Positions 46,001-60,097 of a stretch of 64,000 bases of DNA are shown in pieces. The position numbers and the translations under genes were made by a program. Location of the stretch: positions 248,001 through 312,000 of the forward strand of contig OZ287078.1 of NCBI GenBank assembly GCA_965645245.1, written 5' to 3'. A model generated the notes under the pieces. It was not told where the DNA came from and did no database searches. It was given only the letters and a program-made list of their open reading frames with translations. The DNA comes from Massalongia carnosa (lineage: Eukaryota). Every line of letters begins with the position of its first letter. Positions within the stretch are counted from its first letter, which is position 1.

Positions 46001-49000
46001 ACCTCTGAAAGTACCAGACGTATTCCAATACCCTTATCTTTCAAAAATGGCTGCAATGATGGAGTCTCAGAAAGTAACGGTAGGAGCATCGTGTATGCCA
46101 GAGTTTATTGTTCCGTTCTCGTTGCTTGGAGCGACTTTCGACAAGGAGGTTGTAAGGAAAAAGGCAGCTCTACTTTGCGGCGTCGCCGATCCAGCTCTCG
46201 TCGAGGATGTCTATCCGTGTACACCAATGCAGGAGGGCCTAATGGCACTGACAACGAACCATCCAGCGTCATATGTGAATCGCAGTATCATCAAATTGTC
46301 TCCACACACGGACATTGTGCGCCTCCGCAAAGCATGAGAAGAAGTTTTTGGGTTACATGCAATACTACGCACAAGAATTGTCCAGATAGATTCGCTGGGA
46401 TCGGTTCAGGTTGTATTGAAGGAAGCTATCGCCTGGACCTCTTCAGGCAGTCTTTCTGGATAATTGACACAAGATGAACTTGATTTTATTGTACCTGGTG
46501 GTCGCTTAACTCGCTTCGCTGTGATCTCTAGAACTGACGAACACACCTGCCTGGTCTGGACTATACATCACGCCCTCTAAACGATGCTTGGACAGTATCC
46601 CGAAACGTCTCACAAGTCCGTGAGGCATATCGTCAAAATGGAGTTACCACGATGTCCAGCGTAAGCTTCAACACGTTTATCAAGTACGTTTCAACCCAGG
46701 ATCCCGGGGAGAGCCGTAGATACTGGCAATCGCTACTTTTCAAGGCCGAGAGCAGCTCTACGTACCCTCCGCTACCAAATAGTACTTATGAACCACGTGC
46801 AAGATCAATGGCAAGTTACCAAGTGGCCTTTCCGTCTAGGTTGATTTCATCATCAAGGGTCACAATATCTTCAGTTATAAGAGGGGCATGGTCTATCGTG
46901 ATGGCAATTATCATTGGATGTGATGATGTAGTCTTTGGCACAACTCTAGTGGGCCGCAACGCACCAATTGTAGGAATAGAACATATGTCAGGTCCGACAA
47001 TTACGACAGTCCCAATCCGGATACGAATAGACTGGAATCAAAGCCCCACCGAATTTCTCGACGACCTACAGAATCAAGCGGTACAAATGATGCCTTTTGA
47101 GCATACCGGCCTTCAGACGATAAGCAAAATCGGTGCCGACGCTAAGGCCGCAGTCAACTTTCAAACACTATTAGTTGTGCAGCAACCCAGTGATCCCAAC
47201 ATCGAATTCGACGACGAAGCATCCATCGAGAAGCTGTTCCAATGTTATGACCTAGATGAAAGACTCGATGATTTTAATACCTATGCATTGATGCTCGTTT
47301 TCTCGCCCGAGAAGGAGATTATCAAGCTCCAGGCCAGCTTTGATCATGTCGTCATGCCTTTACAGCAAGTGCAGCGCTTGATGAGACAGCTAGAACGAGT
47401 CTTACAGCAACTCTGCTCTGATCCATTGCCGCGAGCGGTCAAAGATATTGAATGCATAACCCAGGAGGAATTGCAGCAAATCTGGACCTGGAATAAAACA
47501 GTACCTGAACCTGTAGAGCAACGCGTTCATGATCTGATATCGATGCGGGCTAAGGAAAGCCCTAATGCAACAGCAATTTGCGCATGGGATGGCGAATTGA
47601 CATATGAGGAGTTGGATGGGTTATCTTCGTACCTTGCACATGACATGAGAAACCTCGAAATCGGGCCCCTAGTGCCTCTTTGCTTCGAGAAATCGCTCTG
47701 GACATCAGTGGCCATGTTGGCAGTTGCAAAAGCTGGAAGTGCGTTCGTCGCGTTGGATGTTAATCAGCCAGAAACGCGACTGAAAGCAATTACAGACCAG
47801 ACTAGAGCACAAGTGATCCTTTGCTCAGTGGTTAACCAGGGTATCGCCACTAAACTGGTTGACAGCGTTGTCGTCATCAGTCGAGAGAGCATGGAGAAGC
47901 TCAAGAAAGACCGGTACGCCTTCTCCAGTTGTCGCGGTCTTCCTCACGGCTCTGTTCTCTCAAATGGCCGAGCATTATGCCATGAGGACGAGTTGTCAAA
48001 CGGCTACGAAGTTTCCAGTAGCGATACTTCCAACGACACACAGAGTTCTTCATCTCTTCTCTACGTTGTTTTTACCTCCGGTAGTACCGGTAACCCAAAA
48101 GGCGTCATGATTACACATAGCAACCTTTGTTCAGCAGCCAAATATCAATCCGCAGCTCTTGGGATTTGTTCCCAGTCAAGAGTATTTGATTTCTCCTCTT
48201 ATAGTTTTGATGCATGCATTTTCAACTTTCTGTATACGATGCTTGCTGGTGGCTGCTTGTGTGTTCCATCAGACATAGACCGCCGAGAGAATATCGCCAA
48301 GGCCATGAATTCAATGAATGTCAACCTGGCCCTTTTAACGCCTTCGGTCTCGCGCTTACTGGATCCCAGGTCAGTACCTAAATTGAATGTACTATTGCTC
48401 GGGGGCGAGGCTCTTGCAAGCTCGGACGTATCGATTTGGATGAACGTAGCACAAGTAACGAACCTCTACGGCCCAGCGGAATCCACCATAGTCAGCACCG
48501 TTAACAGACAGATTATCAATCCAAATCACGCTGCCACTATTGGCCATGGTCTAGGAACGGTTACATGGATTGTTACCGATAACAATAACCTAGCACCCAT
48601 TGGAAGTGTTGGTGAACTGTTAGTTGAGGGGCCGCTCGTTGGCGCAGGCTACTTTGACGACCCCACAAAGACTGCGGCTGCCTTTGTCTCTGATCCATCA
48701 TGGTTAATTAGTGGATACCCTATCACAGGGTTAGGGCGTCGAGGTCGCTTGTATAAAACCGGAGATCTTGTACGTTACAATGTTGGGGGATCAATTACCT
48801 ATGTTGGCCGTAAAGATACGCAATCAAAACTCCGCGGTCAACGAGTTGAATTAGGGGAGGTAGAGCATTACCTAGGAAAGTTTGTGATTCAGGCCTTCGG
48901 AATCGCTGCGGGCGTGGTGGCAAAGGTCATTGAAATCAACGGAAGCCAAAAACTTATAGGCTTTATATGTCGTACAGAGTCAAAAGTTGATTCAACCAAG

Positions 49001-52000
49001 TCTCATGCAATGAGTGACGCAACCGCGGTGGAAAAAATCGAACCTGGACTGAGCGGTCTAGCTCTCCGTTTGAACGATTCACTGAGGGCATGTTTGCCGG
49101 AGTATATGATTCCATCAGCCTACGTGATAATTGAGCGCATCCCTATATTAGCATCTGGAAAAACGGATCGTAAACTCTTGAAAGAATATGTCTCGTCGTT
49201 GTCGAACGAGCAAATAATTTACGCCGACGCCGAAGACGCTACATCAGAAAAGCGAGAGACTTCTACAGTCCCGGAACGGAAAATTCGGAACTTATGGGCT
49301 CGCGTTTTGCATGTTGATGAAGCATTGATTGGGGCGAACGATAGTTTTTTTAAACAGGGCGGCGATTCAATAGCGGCAATGCGCTTGATTGGGCTTGCGA
49401 GAAATGAAGGTTTGTCATTAACCATGGCTGATATCTTAGGGAAACCTCGATTAGAAGACATGGCGGAGAAAGGGACTGCTGAAGATACCCCTTATATGGA
49501 ACCAATCGCTCCATTCTCTCTACTTGGCACTATGACTAGCGATGACTTACGCATACTACGTGAGGAAGCAGTCAGAAGATGCGCCATTGATTATGCTTGC
49601 ATCGAAGATATTTATCCATGCTCACCATTACAAGAAGGATTGATAGCCTTGACTGCTAAGCATCCAGGAGCATATATCAGTCGTACCCATATTGATTTAC
49701 CCAAAGACGTCGATGTTGCCCGATTTCGGTAAGCGTGGGAAAGAACTGTTATGCTGAATCCAATACTCCGGACACGGATTATTTTCACAGAGCGATATGG
49801 AGCGGTGCAAGTAATCATTAACGATGGCATCAACTGGAATTGTACGGCCGTATTCACCCCAAATGAAGACTTGCAGATGCCATTCGGTAGCCCTCTGGCC
49901 CTGTGGGCGTTGTCTCTTGATAATACACCCCGCTTCACTTGGATTATTCACCACGCGCTCTATGATGGGTGGTCAATGCCTGCTATCATTCGGCAAGTCC
50001 AGCAAGCTTACCGAGGACAGGATGTTGATCAAGGGGTGAAATTTAACGCATTTATTTTCCATCTCAGAATGCAGACACCAGAAAAGGCACATGTGTATTG
50101 GCAGTCTTACTTGAATGGATTCAAAGAGCATTTGTTTCCCCCGCTATTTTCTAAGTCGTATCAACCCCTGGCGAACGACATTATCAACCGAAAACTGGCC
50201 GTCACGCTAAGCCCTCAATCTGTAACCACATCAACCCTGATTCGAGCAGCCTGGGCGCTCCTAGTGGCAAGAATTACAAATACTAATGACACTGTTTTTG
50301 GCGTAACTCTCACGGGCCGTAATGCATTGACATCAGCTCCAGGTCTTGAGAAGGTCATAGGTCCGACAATTACTACCGTACCTGTCAGAATACAGATTGA
50401 CAACAAGCTGCGAACAGGGGCCTTCCTTCACATGATTCAGAAACAAGCTGTGGAAATGATACCTTTTGAGTACATTGGCCTACAGAATATCCTTCGCATC
50501 TGTTTGGAAACCGAAACGGCTTGCAAATTCCAAACTTTGCTAATGATTGATCCTCAATCCGAAGACCGGGATGAGAAAACCATACTGGAAGACATATTTC
50601 CAGCAGGTGGTCTAGCCGGCAACATAACCGATTTTAATACGTACGCTTTAATACTAGTTTTCTCGCCAGAGGCTTTCAAAGGCAAAAGCTCCCTGGCAGT
50701 TCAAGCTAGCTTCGACTCCAACGTACTTGATCGTGCGGCCGTCGAAAGGTTGATGAGACAACTAGAGCGGGTTCTTCAACAATTCTGCACAAGCTCCCCC
50801 TCCCAGACTCTCGAAGATATTGATTGCGTGAGTGAGCAAGATCTGCAGCAAATGTGGCAGTGGAATGCGGTAGTGCCGGAGTCATCAGAGTACTGTGTAC
50901 ATGATCTTATATCAACACAGACGGAGTATTGGCCCAACGCGCCTGCGATTCATGCTTGGGATGGCAATATGACTTATCAAGAATTAGATGAAGCATCCTG
51001 GCATTTAGCGCGACATCTCAAAGAGCGTGGAGTTGCGTCTGGGGTGCTAGTACCAATATTCTTCGAGAAATCAAAATGGGCCTCCATAGCGATATTGGGA
51101 ATAATCAAAGCCGAAGGAGCATTTGTTGCTATTGACGTACGCCAGCCAGAAGAGCGACTGCGGGCAATAATTCAGCAAACCGGATCAAGGCTAGGTGTTT
51201 CATCGGCAGCCAAGCTCGATCTCGCTAACAGGTTGATGTCTCGAGTGGTCGGATTAGATCAATCACTAGTCCAGGAATTGGAAAAGATTGGCCAACGGAA
51301 GAAAGAGTATGACCTTGTTTTGTCTTGTGCTAGGATAAATCCTTCAGCACTTCTTTATGTAGTCTTTACGTCAGGAAGTACAGGAACGCCTAAGGGAGTT
51401 GTGATTACGCACTTCAATTTTTGCTCCATGGTCCAACATCAGGCTGCGAAATTCGGATTCAAACGAACATCACGGGTATATGATTTTGCTTCATACAATT
51501 TCGATGTGGCAATTAACAACATGTTGATGACCTTTTCTACTGGCGGATGTCTTTGCGTGCCACATGATAATGAGCGGATTAATGATCTCGAGGGCTCAAT
51601 TGTTAGAACAAGTGCAAATTTAATTAATGTGACTTCTTCGGTGGCTAAGTCAATTGAGCCGTTAGCGACACCGTGTGTGAAAACGCTTCTTCTTGGAGGA
51701 GAACAGATTGACCTGGCGGTTGTAAGAAGTTGGATCCCCAAAGCGCGGGTGTTGAACCTGTACGGTCCTACCGAATGTACAGTTACGTCGCTTGCTAATT
51801 TGAAAATCACTGGACCTTCAAATGCTGCCAGTATTGGATCCGGTCTCGGTGTCGTAACGTGGATTGTTGATCCGAATAACCATGACCATCTTGCCCCGAT
51901 GGGAGCTCCTGGTGAATTGCTTTTGGAAGGCCCGCTTTTGGGTCTGGGATATTTGAACGACAAAGAAAAGACTGCTTCGTCCTTTATCTACAGCCCTCAA

Positions 52001-55000
52001 TGGTTACAAAAGGGGGCTGCTCATAAATCAGGACGTTGCGGAAGACTGTATAAAACTGGGGATCTAGTTAGCTATAACTTAGATGGGTCGATCAATTATC
52101 TTGGCCGAAAAGACGATCAGGTTAAGCTGCGTGGTCAGAGAATTGAACTGGGAGACGTAGAGTATCATTACAAGCAGAGCTCGTCAATCGAGATTGACGT
52201 TGTCGTGGAAATCGTGGACCTGAAAGGCAGTCAAACACTCGTAGCATTCATTTGTTTCGTGGACGCAAGAAAGAGGATAGGACGAACCGGGGTAACTGCA
52301 GGAAAAGAAGACACGAAGGACTCACTATCGCGGTTGACAGCTTTGGCGGCGGAACTAGACGACCGCATAGACAAGGTTCTTCCTAGATACATGATTCCAT
52401 CGAGTTTAATCCCAATTGATAATGTCCCAATTACAATCTCAGGGAAAATTGACCGACGACGGTTAAGGCATTTGGCTTCATCTTTAGCTCCGGAGCAAAT
52501 GGTGGACATGGATGGACAGCAATTAGGCGCAAGAAAAGAGCCAACGACGGCAATGGAGCGCAGATTTCAGGCTTTATGGGCTCGGCTTTTTGATCTCACC
52601 GAAGGTTCTATTGGGGTGAATGACAGCTTCTTCAGACTAGGCGGGAACTCGATTACCGCTATGCAGCTTATAAGGATGGCGCGAGATGAGAAAATAGCGC
52701 TTACCGTGGCGGAGATATTCAAAAACCCAAGACTGTTGGACATGGCCCGTCAGGCAACGAATGCAGAGCTTTTCTCTTCGTACGATATTGCCCCTTTCTC
52801 ACTGCTTACATCCAATATCCACAAGGTCGAAGTTCGAGCAAAAGCAGCTGAACGATGTAATATCGACCCAACCCTTATCGAGGATATCTATCCGTGTACT
52901 CCACTTCAGGAGGGACTTGTAGCTTTGACTGCAAAGTTACCAACGGCTTATATTAGTCGTAATATCATTGAGCTCCCGAAGCAGATAGACATTCAGCGTT
53001 TTAAGAGGGCGTGGGACAGTGTTGTTATTTTGAATGCAATCCTGCGGACCCGTATCATCCAGACAAAGCATGGGGCTATGCAGGTTGTTGTCAACGAAGG
53101 CATAAAGTGGAAATCTTCGAGCGATCTCTCGTCCTACGTGGAGCAGGACACGGGATCGCCAATGACAATGGGCAGTCCTTTGGCAAGGTGGGCTGTTGTT
53201 TACACGCCTGATGACCGTGTCACGTACCGTTTCGTCTGGACAATCCATCATGCTCTCTATGATGGATGGACACTGCCTATCATCACCAAACAAGTCCATA
53301 ACGCGTATAATGATGTAGAAGCCAATTTCATATCCCAGCAAAGCGTCAACTTCAATAAGCTCATCCACTATCTTCAAACGCAAGGAGCGGAAGAAAGTGA
53401 CATGTACTGGCGGTCGCAATTGGCTGGAGCAAAAGCTACTACTATCTTTCCTACTTTGCCAAGTAAATCCTATCAACCAATGGCGCAGGAGGTCATAAGT
53501 CAAAATCTCTTGGTTAACCCAAGGCTACAGGTGGAGGTGACTATGCCGTCTATCATTCGAGCCGCATGGGCTATTGTCATGGTAAAAATTACCAATAGCA
53601 CTGATATAACGTTTGGAGCCACACTCACTGGTCGAAACGCGCCAGTTCCAGGGATCGAGTGTATTACAGGGCCAACAATTACTACTGTACCAGTTCGAAT
53701 ACGAGTAGATAGATGTCAGAAAAAGGACGAGTTCATCGCCTCAATTCAAGTACAGGCAGTAGAAATGATGCCTTTCGAACATGTCGGCATGCAGAACATT
53801 CGCCGGATTTGTGATTCAGATTCTAACGCCGCATGTGACTTTCAGACACTCCTGATGATCCAGCAACGGAGCAGTGACGAGGATGATGAGGGAAGCCACC
53901 TGCTCTACGATCCTGGTTCAACGGACAAGTTGGCCGATTTCAATACATATGCCCTCATGCTTGTTTTTACACAGAGCAAAGAAGGTATCAAGCTTCAAGC
54001 GAGCTTTGACGCTAAGGTAATTGATATTGGTCGAGTCAAACGCCTGATTAACCAAATGGAATGTGTTATACAACAACTATGTGCAACAGAATGCAAAGGG
54101 CAGACTATCAATGATATCAATTGCATGAGTCATTAAGAATTAATGGATATTTGGAGGTGGAACTCAAGATTACCGGAGTTGATAAATATGCCTGCACATG
54201 ATCTGTTCTCGAGGCGCGCTCGACAAAACCCCAATGCCATGGCACTCTGTGCTTGGGATGGCGAGGTGACTTATATAGAATTGGACGATTTATCAACACG
54301 ACTAGCGCAGTATTTAAGGGCGGAGCTGAAAGTCGGTTCTGGTGTGATGGTACTTTTATGTTTTGAAAAGTCTATGTGGACATCAGTTTCTATGCTTGCG
54401 GTCATCAAAGCCGGCGGATCTTTTGTGCCCATGGACACAGAACAACCCGAGGATCGTCTCCTTTCCATGATAGAGCAAACAGGAGCAAAAATAGTCCTCT
54501 GCTCATCACTTAAGCTTCGTTTGGCCAGCAGGCTTGCAAAATTGACTGTGGTCATTGACGATGCCAGTGTTAAAAGTATGAAAAGAAAGGATGAGGAAAT
54601 ATCTAATACAGTTGACCCATCTACAACGATGTATGTAGTGTTCACATCCGGCAGTACCGGCACGCCAAAGGGTGTAATCATCACTCACGCCAATCTTTCT
54701 TCTGCAGTAACGCATCAGGCAATCGAACTAGGATTCCGAGCCGATTCACGAGTGCTAGACTTTTCATCTTACAGCTTCGATGCATGTGTCTTCAATTTGT
54801 TCTATACTCTTCTCTTAGGCGGCTGCCTATGTGTACCGTCGGACGCTAGCCGCAAAGATGACCTTACTGGTTCGATAAACAGCATGGCCATCAATCTAGT
54901 ACAATTGACACCATCAGTGGCGCGACTTCTGGATCCCAGAAAAGTCCCTAGCCTGCAAGTGCTTGTTCTTACGGGGAGATGCTCACTCAGTTTGACATCA

Positions 55001-57274
55001 ACACATGGAAGCATCTCAAACTGATCAATGCGTATGGGCCCACCGAGTGTACGATAATGTGCGCTGCCGATACGGCAATCATGAACGCTGGTAGCATCGG
55101 TCGTGGCTTGGGTTCCAATCTATGGATTATAGACCTAGAAGATCCTTTACGCCTTGCCCCAATTGGTGCTGTGGGTGAGATATTTATCGAAGGTCCTATT
55201 GTTGGTTCTGGATATCTTGAGAATGCAACAATTACTGCTGCTTCTTTTATAAGTCACCCATCCTGGCTGTTGAAGGGGGTGGTAGGTCACATAGGGCGAC
55301 GAGGGCGTCTCTATAGAACAGGCGACTTGGCTCGATACAATTCCGACGGTTCGTTGACTTACCTCGGACGGCAGGACACCGAGGTGAAATTGCACGGCCA
55401 GCGCGTTGAACTCAAAGAGATAGAATACCACCTGAGGCGCAACCTACCCCGTACCGTGGAGGTTGTGGCAGATATTATCGTCCAAGATAACCGGGAACCT
55501 ACGCTCGTCGCTTTTGTCTGTTCGGCCGAGGAGTCTAATACGTTTCAACGGCTGACGGAGATGGTAGCCGGCCTCGATATTACGTTGGAGGATTCTTTAC
55601 CGGGATATATGGTGCCCGTTGCCTATATTCCTGTTAGACGCATGCCAATGACCGCATCGGGCAAGACAGATCGCAAGCGTCTGAGGGAGATAGGGTCGTC
55701 AACAGCAAGGGAAGAAATGGTGTACTCCAATGGGTCGAATCCTGACCAGAAACGCGAGCCTTCGACGATCATGGAACGCAGGTTACAGGGCCTATGGGCA
55801 CAGGTGTGGCGTGTGGATGCAGCTTCGATCGGGGCAGATGACCACTTTTCCGAACCGGTGGGGACTCGATCGCAGCAATGAGGCTTGTGGGGGCGGCCCG
55901 AGATGAGCGCCTAGTATTGACAGTAGCAGATGTTTTGACGACGACAACATCGAAAATAACGACGAGGCATTCAGCCTCCTTAATATTAGTAACCTAGACG
56001 ATTTCATACGAAATGAAGTCGAGCCGAAGCTATCCTCAAGTATGGAAGTTGCTGATATCGTTCCTGCATCTTCTTTTCAAGTAGATAGTATGCAAAATTT
56101 GTTTCAACCACTGAGCCTTCAATACGCCTTTTTGGAGATGGCCCCAGATATGGATACGCAGCGGCTACTTCAGGCCTGCAGCTGCCTTCTTCAAGCCTTT
56201 GAAACCTTCCGGACAGTTTTCATCGACCACGGTGGATCGTTCTTGCAAGTTGTCCTTCGAGAAGCGCCCTTGCAAGCTGCCGTGTACAGTACGGAAGAGG
56301 ATGTCAAGACCTGGTCAACCGAGTATTGCAACGAAGATATGGCCAAGTACGCTGATCTAGCAAGGAACAGCGGCATAGGCGAGCTGTTCACCAAGTTTAT
56401 TGTCGTGAAGGGAGCCAATAATCAACGACGAATGATTCTAAGGATATCACACTCGCAGTACGACGGATTCTCAGTCCCTCAGATTTTCATCGCATTGCAG
56501 AGAGCGTACCATGGCCAACCCATCGCCCCGAGCCCTCCTTACTCACGATTCATCCGTCATTCGATCCGGACAAAGCCAGCCGCATTCGAATACTGGAAGG
56601 GCCTTCTCAAGCACTCGACCATGACGCCCGAGCTCCGCTATGAGCCCGGGAGTGGTATTCGTATCCTGAGGAACCGGAGCATTACCAACGCCAACCAGCC
56701 AGACAAGGTCAGACCTGCAATCCTGGTCAGCGTAGCATGGGCGGTGGTACTAAGCGCCATCAGCGGAGAAACGGACATAGTGTTTGGAAATGTCGTTGCC
56801 GGCAGGAGCGCGAATCTACCCAATATTGAGAAGATCATGGGCCCTTGTATCAACATCATCCCGGTCCGCTTGAGCCTCCGGGCTGGATGGACGTTTGCGG
56901 AACTGTGCCGGTCGATGGCGCAGCAGTTGTTGGACAGCGGTCAGCACGAAGGCTTGGGTTGGGCGGAGATGGTGGATAAATGTACCGATTAGCCGCGCGG
57001 GACACGGTTTGGCACCGCCGTCCATCATCGGAATATCGACTGGACGCCTCGGGTGAACCTGAGCGGCGAGGATACCCACGTTACGTGGTTTGAATCCGCA
57101 TACGACCCGCCTTGGACCGGAATAGTCGCGTATCCAGAAGCTGGCTCGGCTTTACGAGTTCATCTGTTCGCCAATCCCAGAGTGATGAATGATGATGCGG
57201 CGGATAGTCTTCTCAAGAGACTTGATGATATCATTCAAGGCTTCATGACAAATCTCAACGTTTTTCTTGTTTGA
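40086..57274 (+). pseudogene. Five-module non-ribosomal peptide synthetase pseudogene: partial C-(A-T-C)x4-A-T-CT
   Basis: Five A domains (FTSGSTG.PK, YGP.E, LY[KR]TGDL), five T domains (GGDS x4, GGNS x1), four HHALYD C domains and a terminal SHSQYDG domain. Lesions near 40770 (fs), 41860 (fs), 46335, 46461, 46578 (fs), 49730, 54134, 54975 (fs), 55848 (fs), 55938 (deletion) and 56990. Confidence 0.93.
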
Positions 57275-57822
57275 TAAAAGATGATCTATTTGTAAATTAT
57301 AAACATAAAAAATATTAGAAGTCAAAAATTAAAACTAGTTTTTCAAGATGTTGTAAAATAAATTTCATTATTCGATTTTACTGTTATAATTTTCAAACAA
57401 ATTTATTACAATTACAAGAAAAAAATCGCAAAAAACCCCGTTTTCGAAAATATAAACGTTTAATTCAAAAACTCGTTTATGATCGCACGTATAAAATAGA
57501 ATTAAGAAATTATCTGTTGTTCGAATTAGGTGATTATTTCAATCTTTAAAAAAAGAAAATATATGTCGAAGTACAAAAAATAGCAACAATGTCAAAAATT
57601 CAAAATAACGTTTTACTAAAATTCTCGCTTGCATTTAAAAATGATTAAATATCATATTAAACGTGAACAATTACAGCTTTGTAATTATTTATAAGTTCAA
57701 TTTTCGATATTTTATCAATTAATCGTTCAGTTCTACTGATTCAGTCGCAGTCTCGACGGTAACTATTGTCATTTCCAACATACGAAAAGACTTCAATCCC
57801 GCACTCTCGGAAATCACGGTTG

Positions 57823-58716
57823 CTACTCAACCTTCTTTAGAAAGAAGAACACCCCCATCCCCTCCAGCTCCTCCTCCCTCTCAATCCTCAATCCCGCCTC
57901 CCTCACCAGCCCCGGCCACCTCCCCTCATCTAGATTCATCAACGAATGATCGACCTTCTCCTGCCACACCTTCGCGCCCCCTTTCCAAACCTCCACGTCC
58001 CACCGATCCCTTCTGACCGACCCTTCCCAAGCAACCTCGTTCCTACTCTTCCGAAACATCACACTGGGATCCTCCTCGCTTCTCCCCTCCCACGATATCT
58101 CAAAAACCTCGCTCGCAGCCTTAGTCGTGCGCGAAGGAATACTTTGATTGTACACGAGAACAATCCCCGTCGCCGCCCCGCCGTCCCGCAATGCAGCGTG
58201 CATCTGCCGCAGAAACGCCATCTGCTGCTCCTCGCTGCACAAATGGCTGAACCCGCCTCCAGTCCACATGACCAGATCGCACACGCCCCGCAATTGCGGC
58301 AACTTATCGGTGAAATCCTCGCCACGACCCTCGACCCACTCGATCGGCGCTATCGTCTTTAGCGTCGGTCGCGCGTCGAACCAGGCCCGCGCGCGCTTTA
58401 GCATCGGTGCTGAGGGGTCGATGCCGTAGAAACGCACGTGCGGGAAGGGGACGCCGGTATCGTGAGAACGCTCGAAGAGGTCTTTGAGGCAGCGGCCGGA
58501 ACCGGTCCCCATTTCGACAACATTGATGGGGTCGTGGTTTTGCGAGCGAGTGTTGATGAGGGCGTGGATGGCTGTCCAATAGGTTGCTTCGTCCGAGGCG
58601 TGCCGGCCTACGACGAGAGAGTCGCACCAGAGGTCGTAGAATTCGGCGTAGCAGTCTGTGGTGTAGGGGAGGATGTTTTTGGAGCTGGGGATGGAGGGCT
58701 CTTGTTGGCTGTCCAT
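57823..58716 (-). CDS. Class I SAM-dependent methyltransferase, intronless
   Basis: First ATG at 58716; VVEMGTGSGR motif I, YGIDPSAPML motif II, GGGFSHL. Confidence 0.85.
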   Translation of the reverse strand: MDSQQEPSIPSSKNILPYTTDCYAEFYDLWCDSLVVGRHASDEATYWTAIHALINTRSQNHDPINVVEMGTGSGRCLKDLFERSHDTGVPFPHVRFYGIDPSAPMLKRARAWFDARPTLKTIAPIEWVEGRGEDFTDKLPQLRGVCDLVMWTGGGFSHLCSEEQQMAFLRQMHAALRDGGAATGIVLVYNQSIPSRTTKAASEVFEISWEGRSEEDPSVMFRKSRNEVAWEGSVRRDRWDVEVWKGGAKVWQEKVDHSLMNLDEGRWPGLVREAGLRIEREEELEGMGVFFFLKKVE

Positions 58717-60097
58717 TGCGTGCACTGTTGGGAATTCAGAGATTATCGAGGGATAGAGCAATTCCTAGCCTTCTTAAACCAACTGTCGCTAGAAAAAACA
58801 TCTGAACGACTTTGATCGGTGATCTGAACGGTTGTATACTCGTATTTACCTCCTTTATGCGATAACCCCTCATTTGTAACACACTGCATTTCATCATGAC
58901 AATACAATCAAAGTAATATTTCATACAGTAAAGGAAATACGACCTTCGATTCACTCGGTACGAGCGCACAGATTAATGTTAGATGATTAGACTATCATCC
59001 GTTAGATGATCAGGCTATCATCAATATAGGCATTCATCGTGAGTCTTGCGGGTGCTTGTCAGTCTATAGAGATGTCTAATAGACAGTTATGAATATGCTT
59101 AACAGACAACATCACTGTTATGTGACTGCTGTGTGACTGCTATAAAACCAGGTAGATAGCTCACATAGATAAATACCTTCAATGACAATCATGCTGTTAT
59201 ATCTACACGTGAATCGTCTTATTCATGAATTAACGAGTTGCGAATGGAAATTTGTATTCATCATGACTTCATCGAACACCGATCATTAAAGATCTTGGAC
59301 AACTAGAAAACGAACTTCCATCATCAGTTTTCCATTGATGTAATTATTATGTAGATAAGTAGTCAATTCACGTCAAACATCACCTTCTACGACAACCACG
59401 TTATTATCTTTAGCGACGCTGTGAATATGAATACATGTATGAAAAATCGGCTCTGAATGCTCGAGAATGAACAATACAAGTGAGAAGAATCGCGTACTGA
59501 TTAATACGCTTTCTTCAATCGAAGTAAAGATAAGGGTTTAGAGGAATTTGAAGTGTAAGTTGATATGGTCGATGTTCGTGAGAATCCCCTGGATGGATGT
59601 TACGATATGATATGCGTCAACCTTTATCTGAGGACGCAGAGAGTCATTATCAATGTTCTACCACTCAGGCTTGCCCGTCTATCTGGCTAGCTGTTGAGAC
59701 ACAAGATGGGCCCATTGCCGAAGTGGAAGAAGAACTGTGGGGGCCTTGTGACGACGAGCCTGCTCGGGTCTGAACCTCTCAACCAAAACTACAATGGTCT
59801 TGTCTACGATTGACTTGATATGACGTAGTAAAGCTAGGATCGCCTTCCTATATCTTTGCCAAAGCAAACGGCTTGATGAACATGATTCAACCCAACACCC
59901 ACGAGTAGTGAGAACTTCTTACAGCCTCCATGATAGTTATACCTTTTCCGGCCATCGATCATCAAGAATGCGCAAGACGCAAAGTAGACGGCAAGTTTCT
60001 AATGCTGAACTGCCAACGAACGATAGGAATAACAGGGTTTCCCGGAATGTAAGAGCGGATATGGGGCAGTCTGACTTTGGCTGTTAAACCTGGGCAG

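Noticed and set aside
46335..46651. NRPS gaps interpreted as introns or separate genes
   Set aside because: The intervening DNA still encodes C-domain sequence (ILRTRIV, WTIHHAL), so these are lesions in one gene.
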